A stretch of DNA of 64,000 nucleotides from Takakia lepidozioides (Eukaryota; Plantae; Bryophyta): positions 14,880,001-14,944,000 of the forward strand of contig CM060732.1 in the NCBI GenBank assembly GCA_030704615.1, read 5' to 3'. Below the pieces are notes generated by a model, which made no database searches, was not told the DNA's origin, and saw nothing but the letters and a program-made list of their open reading frames with translations. Made by a program: the position numbers and the translations under genes. Below, one piece after another: positions 12,591-23,428 of this stretch (positions within the stretch are counted from its first letter, which is position 1; every line of letters begins with the position of its first letter).

Positions 12591-13599
12591 ACTGAGGTGA
12601 ATAAGGGTAGGTCATGCCCAATGACTGCGGGTGATGTATGCAACGGAATTTGGGGATTTCAATCTTCTGTAATAATGACATGCACGGAGATAGTCTGCAC
12701 CGAACTCCTCAATCAGCCACACTGAGAGACACCAACCAGAAAAACTGTTTTCAAAGACAAGAAGCCACAAGAAGCCGTATTGTATTTGGATGAAAAGCAA
12801 ACCCTGAACATGACATGAAACCATCCATTATGGAAAGACGGCAACGACCCTGGAGACCAGTAAAGAGGAAACCCCGAATCTAATGAGGTTGTGCTCCGCC
12901 AGAAGAGCACAACACAAACACTGACACTTCGGGGGACACCTCGCACGAATGTGTGCAACACAACACCATTGCCGACACAAACCTTTATACCGAATCACCG
13001 CATTCCGACGGTGATGGCGAAATGCAAACCGCAGGGTAGGCAGTACAACATACGTGGATGCATATGTGAAGCATCACAATTATTGCGAATCTGCGGGGAA
13101 TGCTTGCGCGTGAGCCTATGAGCGTGTGAGCCCAGCCAGGCTCACGCCACGTCAGCAAGGTTTCCCACGTGCAGGACCTAATTCCGCGGATGCCACCTAT
13201 TTCCGCGGAACTGCAGACGACTACCACGCCCCAGATTTGCCAACATTAATTTCCGAGAAGTCTCATCCCTCATCCAAATCTTAGTCGGATGAGAAATCAC
13301 GGGTGGTTTGTGGATGATTTTTGTCCACGGGCACAGGATATTTCAGAGAGTACAATGTCATGTTGCGTAATGAACACGAAGGAGAATGAGTTTGTTCTAA
13401 TGAAGTTCCGTCCCCCCAATTCACATCCACTTTTCATTGATAGACGTTCTCCAGACAAACACCAGGAAATCCCTAAAGCGTCTTTGCGGTTTATGAAAAA
13501 AACATGGTGCAGAACAGGTTGGCAAGACTTGCAATGTAAGACACGAAACGAAGAACAACAGGGCCAGCAACTATACAAAATACAAAAAAAAGTCCTAAA

Positions 13600-13817
13600 A
13601 AAAGAATGCTTTCATTTTTCAAATCAAGGTTGCGTCAACGCAAGGTTGATTTGCATCACCCTCCCAGGAAAAAAAAAAAAAAAAAAAAAACACTTTCATT
13701 TCTCAAATCAAGGTTGCGTCAACGCAAGGTTGATTTGCATCACCCCCCAGGGAAAAAAATAAAAATAAAATCAAAAAATCAAAAAATCCAAAAAATGATG
13801 CTTCATTTCTCAAATCA
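13600..13817. repeat. Palindromic repeat array, left part (ttctcaaatcaaggttgcgtcaacgcaaggttgatttgcatcacc plus A-rich spacer)
   Basis: Two full units plus the start of a third, which is interrupted by copy B. Confidence 0.9.
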
Positions 13818-13819
13818 GC

Positions 13820-13886
13820 TGTCGTGCGCATACGTATCCCTACACAACTACATCGCTGTCCAAACCACACCACACATATATGCATA
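13820..13886 (-). repeat. Terminal repeat segment B2 of copy B (partial duplicate of 14240-14324)
   Basis: Direct repeat of 14240-14306 with one mismatch. Confidence 0.9.
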
Positions 13887-13888
13887 TA

Positions 13889-14324
13889 TGATAGAAAAGC
13901 TAAGTACACACTGTTGACACAAAACATGACAACCAAAACCATCACTCTTTAGAATAAAAGTCGAGCCAGGGGCACCCCAAGCTATGGGGACTCCACCCCA
14001 CAACAACCTACACTCCCATCATAAGCACACTCAGTCCTAAACGATGCAGGAGCTCGGTCACGCAGGCTCAACTCGAGAGAGATGAGCCGCGCGATTGCCG
14101 CTCTCGTGAAGATAAGACGGGTCAGGTGTCAAACTAAACTTGACACTTGATTTAACACTTGACCTAAATCCAAGTGTTAAATACAAATAACTAGCTTTAT
14201 TCTAGCTAATTTCACACTGTGCTTATTTAACTTGACAGCTGTCGTGCGCATACGTATCGCTACACAACTACATCGCTGTCCAAACCACACCACACATATA
14301 TGCATAGTAAAGTAGTCTGCCACA
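13889..14324 (-). repeat. 3' LTR of copy B = B1 (14240-14324) + GC + A2 (13889-14237)
   Basis: On the minus strand it starts TGTGGCAG directly after the PPT and ends CTATCA. Confidence 0.9.
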
Positions 14325-14336
14325 ATCGCCCCCCTA
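14325..14336 (-). promoter_or_regulatory. Polypurine tract of copy B
   Basis: Minus-strand AGGGGGGCGAT immediately precedes the LTR TG; identical in copy C (54863-54874). Confidence 0.8.
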
Positions 14337-14584
14337 GCTGGTGGATAGGTCCCTCTAACTCCAGATAGCTACAAGATGTAATAGCCACAGCCGTACTAAG
14401 TCCTCTATCACTGTCCCTATTGCACTCAAACCCTATAGACTAAGAGGCCAGGTACAAGAGTAGCCCCATCGTTAGTCGCCGTCTTGCAATCTGTGAACTT
14501 GAGCCAGGACCTCGTGTGTTCAAGGTCTCCTAGTAGCTGGGCCTTGCGTTTCTTGTTAGCCTTCCATGGTTGTATCCACTCCCA

Positions 14585-15833
14585 CTATCCAATGCAATGT
14601 GGACATAACCAATCCCCATCCGGAACCATCTCAAGAGGTGGAGTCAAGCATCCCATATGCCAACCTCTAGAGCATCGATCACACACCAGCATGGTGGCTG
14701 CCCCTTTAGCAGACCCACACAACATGCACCTCAAACCTGCAGATACCACTGCCAGGTTTGGGTCAATCCTGCCATCGACATTCGGAAGGTGACATGGCGC
14801 ACAATTACGCACATGGTCCTTCCAAGTTATGCCATCCCGACCCTCCAAGACCAAGACGCCTGAGGGCAAGACCTCTCGAACCCTCAAAATAACACGTCCT
14901 GCAGTCACATCCAGGGTCGTAGGAGCAGTCTGCTGCAGATAGACATAGTCACCAGGGTTGAATCTCCGAACCCCAGGATGATAGCCCCCACCACGTATGG
15001 TAGCATACCTCAACGTATCACGGTGTTGTGCAATGGCAAGGTTCTCGAAAGCCATGGGCATGACTCTCTTGAACAACTCTGCACGCTGCTCACATGCACG
15101 TGCCCACACGTCTGGATCGTCAAGGTTAAGAACTGTAGCAGCTTCTCTGCGAATGGATGTAGGCAAATCCGGCTCTCGGCCAAAGAGAAGAAAGTATGGT
15201 GAGAAGGAGGCAAGTGATGCTTGCTTGCTGAACCTGTAGCCCATGGCTAACCAGGGTAACTGAAGGTCCCAATCTCCTAGGTGTCCCTTCTGCAAGCCAT
15301 ACTTGCGCAAACCCCTCTTTACTGTCTGAACAACTCTCTCTGCCAAGCCATCGGCCTCAGGATGATCCCGAGAAGTGGTGCGGTGGTCTATCAAGGCCTT
15401 GTCACACAAAGCTTGAAACTCCCCCAAGAACTCTCTCCCTTGGTCCGTGAGTACCTCAGCTGGAGCACCGAATCGGCTAAGCACACAATCCAGGAATGCA
15501 TACGCAGCTCCCTCACTAGCCTTATCAGGCAATGGAACCAAGTTCAATCCACTTGGAGAAGTGCTCCACCATCACCAACACGTACTTGTTGTGGCGCATG
15601 GTCAGTGGCAACGGCCCTGCGAAGTCAAGACTCCACCTGTAGCCCAATCCCATGATCGGAAGAGGGTGCAATTGTGGAGTAGGGGCGTTGAATGAAGCAC
15701 GCACCCTGTCACACACCATGCACCTAGCCACAAATTGTTGCACCTCTGTGTGCATACCACGCCACCAATACTGCCCCTGCAGTAGACTATGAGTGCGTCG
15801 CACCCCAAAAATGCCCCAACTCCTCATGGGCAT
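14585..15833 (-). CDS. Integrase (HHCC, DDE core) with C-terminal PHD finger, copy B (frameshifted)
   Basis: H(ee)LGHFG...CMVC, WSLDFAGP, VLTDQGREF, GLAERVVQT. The C-terminus is CMLC-X11-CDRC-X4-H-X2-C-X14-CPHC (C4HC3). Confidence 0.92.
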
Positions 15834-16088
15834 GCCGCACTAAACGTGCCCGCTGTGTTGGGTGAGGCACAATCCTCACTCGACCATCCTCCCACACTCG
15901 GAGCAGGTGTGTCCCCTCCCACCTGAACCTCTTGGCTCGTTGTAGGATCCGATCCCTCTCCTTGGCAGTCACAGTGGCTGCCGTGTCTCCAGTGCGGAGG
16001 TAGTCCAACACAACTGAATCCTCATGTATATCTTTGGCGCCACCTTGTTCATTGCTGGCCTCAGGGTCCTCAGACACTTGATCCACAG

Positions 16089-17553
16089 TCATCCCAGTTG
16101 CAGGTCCAACCTGGCCTTCCGCTGCCAAGATACACAGAAATGCAGATGCATGCCATCCGGGCACCATCTCCTCATCCGTCTCACCATGCCACCGAGCCCA
16201 GTGTCATCCTGTTGGCTCGTGCATGGATTGCGACTCAACCCATCTGCATTACGATTGACCAAACCCGGTCGATGCACCACCTGAAAGTCATACTCTTGAA
16301 GGATGAGTGCCCACCGTGCAAGCTTCCCCGTAAGCTTGTCTGACTCCATCAACCACTTGAGTGGTTGGTGATCCGTGACAAGGGTGAAGAGATTGCCGTA
16401 TAGATAGCACCTAAAGTGTGCCACGGCCCACACTGCAGCTAAGCATTCTCCCTCATATGAGCTATACTTAGACTCTGCAGCGTTGTTCGAGCGGCTAGCA
16501 TAAGCCACTACGAACTCTCTCCCCTCATCATCCACCTGTGTGAGCACCGCTCCAAGCCCCAGCATGCTCCAATCTGTATGCAGCTGAAAAGGACGCCCCC
16601 TGATAGGTCGTCTCAAGATGGGCGCCGAGGTCAACCTCGCCTTGAGCTCTTGAAAAGCTTGTTCTTGCTCATCTTCCCACTGCCACTCCTGGTCCACCTT
16701 GGTCAGCTTGGTTAGAGCCTTTGCAATGGCACTAAATCCCTTAACAAACCGTCTGTAATAATTTGCTAACCCCATGAAAGCTCGAACTCGGCTCACATCC
16801 GTGGGGCGTGGAATCTGTGCAATGGACTCTACCTTAGTCTGCTGTACCCCCAATCCTCCAGGATATATCATGTGACCCAGATACTCAATCTGGTTGTGGA
16901 AAAACTTGCACTTGCCCGGATGTAACTTCAATCCGTGCGTCCTTAAGCGCTCAAATACCCCCTGAAGGTGTCTCTCATGCTCCTCCACCGTAGCACTAAA
17001 GATGATGATGTCATCTATGTAGCACCGAGCAAACTCCACCCCTGCTAGAATCCTGTCCATGACTCTTTGAAACTCAGCGGGAGCGTTTTTAAGCCCAAAT
17101 GGTAAGAACCGCCACTGGTATAGGCAATCCTTCCCATGCTCATTGATCCCCCAGAATGCCGTCTTTTGCTTATCCGCCTCCTTGATCGGCAACTGGTGAT
17201 ATCCGGATCGTAAATCCAACGTGCTAAAGACCTTGGAATGCCCAATGGCATCAAAGATCTCCTCTGGTGTTGGCATGGCATACCTATCGGACTTGGTCTG
17301 ACGATTTACAGGCCGGTAATCACCGCACATACGTCTCTCCGTCCAATTGCCATAGACATCCTTCTTAGCTGGCATCACTGTGGCTGAAGCATACTCTCCA
17401 CCAGAGAGCTCCACCAAACCTGCCTCCCAGAGTCCTCATCTGAATCAAAGACCTCTCTATGTCACTGTATCTATAGGGTCTCCGAAATATTGGCGTGTCA
17501 GTGGCCAACTCAATACGGATCTCTTGACCCTTCAGTGCTCCCAAGTCCTTCAA
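16089..17553 (-). CDS. Reverse transcriptase and RNase H, copy B
   Basis: RMCGDYRPVN, STLDLRSGYHQ, LPFGLKNAPAEFQ, CYIDDIII; RNase H LHTDWS, YEGECLA, VTDHQPL, NADGLSR. Confidence 0.95.
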
Positions 17554-17999
17554 ACTGAAGGCAAAGCAATTCCTGTAAGCCCTCAGGAACCGCCGTATAC
17601 ATCGTCTCTCTCCTCCGGTGACAATGGGTCCAATGTCAAGCTCCCAATTGTCCTCCGTAACTGCAACCTTAAGTCCAGTGGGCTTAGAGGTAGAGGACGC
17701 GTCTCGTGGTTGCTATGCTGCAACCTCTTGAGCAGTACTCCCTTCCTGCTCAGTCAATGACAAGGCCTCATCCTGCCCCATCATCTCATCATTGAGAACC
17801 TCCTCATCCCGAGAAGAATCCCCAACCTCATCCATCACAGCTGCCTTGGCTGCCACCTCCCTCTGAACCTCGAGCACCTCCCACGTGTGCCATGGATGTC
17901 TACACCCCGAGGTCCTCACCGGCTCGCCCCCACTCGCTGCCTGTACCGTCTCGGTAGGCAGAGAGACCGTCAAGGGAAGTGCACTCCGCACTCTACGTT

Positions 18000-18951
18000 G
18001 CTCAGCCATAGCCAAGCTGATAATCCAGGTCAAGCAATTGAGATCCATTGCTTGCCCCAACACCTGACGACGTGATGCCTCCGAAAGAGAAGGCACCGCC
18101 GTGGTCCCAGTGGAAAATCCCATAGCCCGCTCTCGCTCGTCGGCATTAGGCTCCACTAACTGTTGCAACTGGCTATCCCACAAGAGGCTAGGTCCACCAT
18201 CCCGAAAAGCATGGGATCCTGGGAAGCTGAGCAGTGTAGGTAATGCTGCTCATGGTTGACCCACCCTGTTGACCACTGCCAAAGGCGAACGGTCATCGTG
18301 TCTCACACGTTGAGACTGCCTCCCTGTGTCCAAAATGCCATCCACGGTGAGGTGTGCTGGCCGTTGCACCCCATCAAATGCACGCTTAAGCAGTGCGGGT
18401 GGCATCAAGTTAGTCCACCAAAGCCGTGGACGATGAGCCCGTGATCCCACTGCAGCTGCATCCAGCAACACTGCTGACCCAAGCCACGACCGGACTTGAT
18501 GCACACTGGCCATCACCCTGGCCTGAGAATCACCCACCAGTGGCACATTCTCCAAGATGTATGCTGGAGATACAGCTTGATAAAGCTGCAAGTGGCGCAA
18601 AACCCGCACCATCTCCCAAAACAGACCCGTCCTCGAGTCTCGCAATCCATTGCCATGCCCGGCTGATGAATGCCCTTGGCAGGGCCAACCTGCCACTATC
18701 AGATCAATGGAGCCAACCTGCTCCAAATCTTGCGCCCCCAACAAGGAAATGTCTGCTGGCAAGGCTTGAACTGCAGACACTGGCAACAAAGCAGGGTACT
18801 GCTATACCAACTGAGCAACATGGCGCAGTGAGACGCGTCGTGCAATCTCATCCCTCTCCACATACAGGTAACGCCTTACCCGCACACCTGCCTGTAGCAC
18901 AGCAGCCAATTCGGTGCTGATCCCGCCAAACAAGTCCAGAAGGCAAATGCC
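18000..18951 (-). CDS. DNMT3-like C5 cytosine methyltransferase domain, copy B (catalytic PCQ and ENV intact; frameshifts elsewhere)
   Basis: IDLIVAGWPCQG (IV), GLFWEMVR, YILENVP (VI), DAAAVGSRAHRPRLWWTNL (VIII), ERERAMGF...RRQVLGQAMD (IX/X); motif I at ~18900-18950. Confidence 0.92.
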
Positions 18952-19241
18952 TGTGTTCCAAGCCTAGCTTTCACCCACTTTGGTATTTCACCTACAGCTG
19001 CAGAACTGCTGGCTCCAACAGAGTTCTGACTGTCCAAGGCGATATTGAGGCCCTCAATGCCAATTACAGCAGTCTGTTGTCTACTGCTAATGCCTGACTC
19101 CCAGTATGCAATCAACTCGTCCAACTGTTCTCCACTCAAATCAGTCTGAGTTCCTTGGGAAACATAAATCCTATCCCCTTGTGTGCACAGGCTAAGAGAA
19201 GAGACCTGCCCTTCAATTACGTCCTCATTTCCCCCAGCCAT
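18952..19241 (-). pseudogene. Truncated extra ORF (ORF0) of copy B
   Basis: The first ~97 aa match 62873-63622 and are fused out of frame to the DNMT by an internal deletion. Confidence 0.8.
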
Positions 19242-20088
19242 ACAAGGAGTACATCCACAGATTTGTCTCTCATATAGACCAGAACAGGTTCTAGAAACAG
19301 AATTGTGGATCTTTCATGGCACACTCACACTCTAAAAATTCCATAGATTTTTAGCAGAGTCCCAAAAACTAAAACCAGATCAAGATAGATAGATTTCCCC
19401 TTTCTGCAGCTATCCCCCCAAAAACTGAGTCAAACGGAGTCCATCTGACAAAGTTATGACCAATTAGGCTCTAAATCATTTAAATTAGATCTAAAGGTTT
19501 TTTTTTTTTTTTTTTTTTAACACCAAAACGTTCTCACCATTACAACCTGTTCCCAGGTTATCTATGGGTTCCCGAGGCCGTTCCCCTCCAGGCTTCTCCA
19601 GGCACCAAGAACTCTCCAACTCCAAGACTCGACCTCAGTTATGGATGGGGTATCACACCCTGGAGCAGCAGGCGTGCGATAACGGATTGCCCTTCATCAC
19701 CGAATTGGGGACAATGGCAGAGCTCGAGCGCCTGGGCTTAAGCGCATCCGAGATTGATGATCTCCGACACAGTCTCAAGGCATTTCCACATGCCTTTCAG
19801 CTCTACATCAGCGGCAGATTTTGAGAAGTCATGCAGACAGACTGCTACAGCCTAACACTTTACAGCAAATTGAAATTCCTTGTGTCTGGGCATCAACACC
19901 GAAAGCCTATGTAGGTACGCATGCAAAAATTGTTGATGATGGCTGATATATGTGCCTATTCAAGAGGCCCGTTGCAGGTTAAAGGGCGATTGGTAGGGAA
20001 ATAGGCAAGAGTACTTTCCACTGAGCTGACCTTACGATCCCCAGAACTACTTGGAAACGGTAGCAACGAGAGCAGAGGTCGGACCTCA

Positions 20089-20388
20089 TCAGTGGGAGGG
20101 CACCCAGATGAGATCATTATGAGTTGACCAATGGCATGCTTCGGCTCCCTGAATAATGTTGAGAGCCGTGAAGGCAGGATGCTCTGATGCCCAGAGACTG
20201 GTATCCAAATGACATATGGCGACTGCGTGAATGATTGATCCATCTACAGCTGCCAACGACGCCTGCACCACCTTGGTTCCTGTGACATGATGGCAGTAGT
20301 AGAGAGCCGAAGGAAACATAACGTTGTGGCAAATGACAACATTCTCGCCCTCTACCACACTTCGCTTGGTAAAGTCAACAACCTTCAC
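20089..20388 (-). pseudogene. BURP-domain gene fragment captured inside copy B
   Basis: Four CH dipeptides and a terminal W (VICH...YYCH...AICHLDTS.W...ACHW...LIWVP), the BURP signature. Confidence 0.8.
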
Positions 20389-20488
20389 TGGTGCCTTGGT
20401 AATGCCTACACGTCCCAGTGATTTTGGTGAACAAGACTGACAAGGCCAACAGTTTTTTTTTTTTTTTCAAGAAAGCTGCTAGGTGCTT

Positions 20489-21222
20489 TCAGCAGGCAAG
20501 TGAGAGTGGATCGCTCAGGTGCGTGGCCCAGTTGTCCAAGGGACCCTTGCCTGTAGCAGCAGCTTGCACAGCAAAACCCAAAGCAGCAACCATGGCCAGC
20601 CTTGCATGCTTAATTTCGGCGAGTTTTAGAACCTCTTTCTTCTCGGGGTCAGCTGCCAGTCCGAGGGGATCGAAGTACTTGCCACCAGGATACAAACGCC
20701 TCTCTGGGTCTAACTCGGCATTCCTTTGGAACTCAATGTATCCTACCACAAGAGTCTCAATCCAGACAAGAGCAGAGATGCTGAACGGCAACGAGAGACC
20801 AAAGTAAGAGGGACCATCAGCAAGTTCCACCTTTACAGCATCTTGCCATGTCACGCCAGTGAACGTCTCGACAGACAACGCTCAACAATGGCAAGCATTG
20901 CCCATTTACCGTGGATCAGTTCGCATTCCTTGAACCTTTGGAGGCCGAACACCTCACTGTACGGTCGGAAGGGAATGGGGTTGATATCCTTCTTCTTATC
21001 AAGACGGGTTCCGATCACAACTCTAGCAGAGTTCTTAGCCAAGTTCTGGTTCAGTGAATCCAGCTCGAACTGCAGATACTCTGGAGATTTTCCCAAGGAC
21101 AGTGGATCGAAACCGTAGTCACCAACCAAAGATCCATCCAGCCCAGACGGGGCCTTTGCACCTGGGAACCACAGAGGCCTATCCGCCGACCCAGTCTTCT
21201 TAGACCCAAACAGCAGGTCCAA
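20489..21222 (-). pseudogene. LHCB4: Lhcb4/CP29 chlorophyll a/b-binding protein fragment captured inside copy B (frameshifted, intronless, ends truncated)
   Basis: [82 protein letters not shown]. Confidence 0.9.
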
Positions 21223-21428
21223 CCCACCTGCTTGTTGGCTTGGACCCGCTACATTCCCAGGAGGTTAGAACTGCTGTAGTGACACTTCGAGTGGTTCCTG
21301 CCTTTCTGTTATGCTCCACTAGGCACACATAGCCAGTCTACCTACCGGCTCTCGTGACCAAGCTATATTATAATAGTGCTTAAAAACAAAAACGTCACAT
21401 CTAGCTTAGCACTAGAAAACTAGATACA

Positions 21429-21444
21429 GCTCATCTCTCTCGAG
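21429..21444 (-). promoter_or_regulatory. Primer-binding site of copy B, self-priming type
   Basis: 16 nt directly adjacent to the 5' repeat end; perfect reverse complement of 21628-21643 inside the same repeat; no TGG tRNA-type start. Confidence 0.75.
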
Positions 21445-21793
21445 TGATAGAAAAGCTAAGTACACACTGTTGACACAAAACATGACAACCAAAACCATCA
21501 CTCTTTAGAATAGAAGTCGAGCCAGGGGCACCCCAAGCTATGGGGACTCCACCCCACAACAACCTACACTCCCATCATAAGCACACTCAGTCCTAAACGA
21601 TGCAGGAGCTCGGTCACGCAGGCTCAACTCGAGAGAGATGAGCCGCGCGACTGCCGCTCTCGTGAAGATAAGACGGGTCAGGTGTCAAACTAAACTTGAC
21701 ACCTGATTTAACACTTGACCGAAATCCAAGTGTTAAATACAAATAACTAGCTTTATTCTAGCTAATTTCACACTGTGCTTATTTAACTTGACA
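21445..21793 (-). repeat. 5' terminal repeat A1 of copy B
   Basis: 349 bp, TGTCAAG...CTATCA on the minus strand. About five differences from A2 (13889-14237). Lacks the 85-bp B segment. Confidence 0.92.
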
Positions 21794-22040
21794 CAAGGTT
21801 GCGTCAACGCAAGGTTGAATTGCATCACTCCCCAAGGAGGAAAAAAAAAACAAATCTTCAAAAAATGATGCTTTCATTCTCAAATCAAGGTTGCGTCAAC
21901 GCAAGGTTGATTTGCATCAACCCCCCCCCCCCCCAGGGAGGAAGAAAAATAAAGAAAAATAAAAAATAAAAAATAATGATTTCATTTCTCAAATCAAGGT
22001 TGCGTCAACGCAAGGTTGATTTGCATCACCCCCAGGGAGA
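21794..22040. repeat. Palindromic repeat array, right part (continuation of 13600-13817)
   Basis: Three more caaggttgcgtcaacgcaaggttga units. Confidence 0.9.
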
Positions 22041-22197
22041 AATAAAAAATAAAAAATAAAATAAAATCGTATGTCTGTCGGTGTATGTCACGTCATCAAT
22101 CATGTTGTGCGTGCGTCTACCATTTGTTGCATTCGTTCCTCAAACTCATTTGTTCATTTGCGAACACATCAAGTCACATTCAAATGAACATTCTCGG

Positions 22198-22441
22198 AAA
22201 TCAACCTCGTGTTAATACAAGGTTGATTTCGAGAACTTCAAATCAACCTCGTGTTAACACAAGGTTGATATCAGTTCTAGGAAATCAACCTCGTGTTAAT
22301 ACAATGTTCATTTCAAGTTCTTTGAAATCAACCTCCATGTTAACACAAGGTTGATTTCAGTTCTAGGAAATCAACCTCGTGTTAATACAAAGTTCATTTC
22401 AAGTTCTCTGAAATCAACCTCGTGTTAACACAAGGTTGATC
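22198..22441. repeat. Tandem ~42-bp palindromic units aaatcaacctcgtgttaacacaaggttgattt
   Basis: Six near-palindromic copies. Confidence 0.9.
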
Positions 22442-22929
22442 TTTGCGGACGCCCTAAACCCTTAACCCATCTCACCTTCAAATGGTGAAATCCCACGGTT
22501 ATAGGCTCCACGGTTATAGGCCCACCATCTTTGTGGTGACGTGGCACAACCTTGGGTGGGCTCACGCCACATCAGCACCAGCGCCATGTCAGCGCTGTGA
22601 GCGTAGGCTCACGCCACATCACCATTGTGTGAGCGTACGCTCACACGCTCACACGCCAGGCTCACACGGTAGCGTCGTTGCGAATCTGCAAGTACTGCTC
22701 GAAATTGGACTAGCAATAGATTTTGACGGAACTTCCGAATTTGAAAGAATGCAAGAAGGCTGCCATGTATTGGCAGCCGGCGAAGTACATCTGACATATA
22801 TCACAAGTACATGCAACGACATAGGAAGTGCCACCACTTTTTTTCTTGGATAATACAAAGACGCAGAAATGGATGAATTCCGTTCGCACACAATGATGAC
22901 ACCCGCATCCAAATACATGACACCCGCAT

Positions 22930-23428
22930 CTCAAACAGTGTGCGGCAACGCACACAGTTTGAGACCCCATTTGTGCTTGTCTTTTGATATAAGAATCACC
23001 TACATACGGCATCTCTGTCTGGTTCAATCCACCCATATTTAGAAGCTCAAACAGTGTGCGGCAACACACACTACTTGAGCCCCAACTTTGTGCTTGTTTT
23101 TTGATACGAAGATCGGCCACAAACGGGCCTTTTTGTCTGGTTCAATCCAACACTATTTGGAAGCTCAAACAGTGTGCCGCAACACACATTGTTTGAGCCC
23201 CCCTTTTGCCTTGTTTTTTGGTGTGAAAATCGTGCACACAGGCCCTATCTGTCTGGTTTAATCCACCCCTATTTCGAAGTTTAAACAGTGTGCGTCAACG
23301 CACAAGCCCCCCTTCTCATTGTTTTTTTCATGTTAAAATCGGCCACATAGGGCGTCTCTGTCAGGTTCAATCCGCACTTACCTGGCAGCTCAAATAGTGT
23401 GCGTCAACGCACACTGTTTGAGCCCCCC
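22930..23428. repeat. Tandem ~117-bp units containing the palindrome aaacagtgtgcg(g/t)caacgcacactgttt
   Basis: About five diverged copies. Confidence 0.85.

Larger units (their letters stand above)
13820..21793 (-). mobile_element. Ty3/Gypsy DNMT-PHD retrotransposon, copy B (both ends present; gag-protease deleted; carries host cargo)
   Basis: Terminal repeats 13889-14237 and 21445-21793 are near-identical. Ends read TGTC...GACA. It interrupts a repeat unit (caaatca | caaggttgcg) and contains PPT, IN-PHD, RT-RH and DNMT. Confidence 0.9.

Noticed and set aside
18250-18789. Host DNMT3/DRM gene or bacterial contamination
   Set aside because: Intronless and embedded at the same polyprotein position in three retroelement copies, flanked by plant sequence.
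20489-21222. Functional LHCB4 gene
   Set aside because: No transit peptide, frameshifted, C-terminus truncated, and located inside a retrotransposon.
14585-21793. DIRS/PAT tyrosine-recombinase element, suggested by the split repeats
   Set aside because: No tyrosine recombinase motif was seen; the element has a protease, a PPT and a DDE integrase with a Gypsy-type RT.
22198-22441. CRISPR-like array of palindromic repeats
   Set aside because: Spacers are short and repeated rather than unique, there are no cas genes, and the context is eukaryotic.
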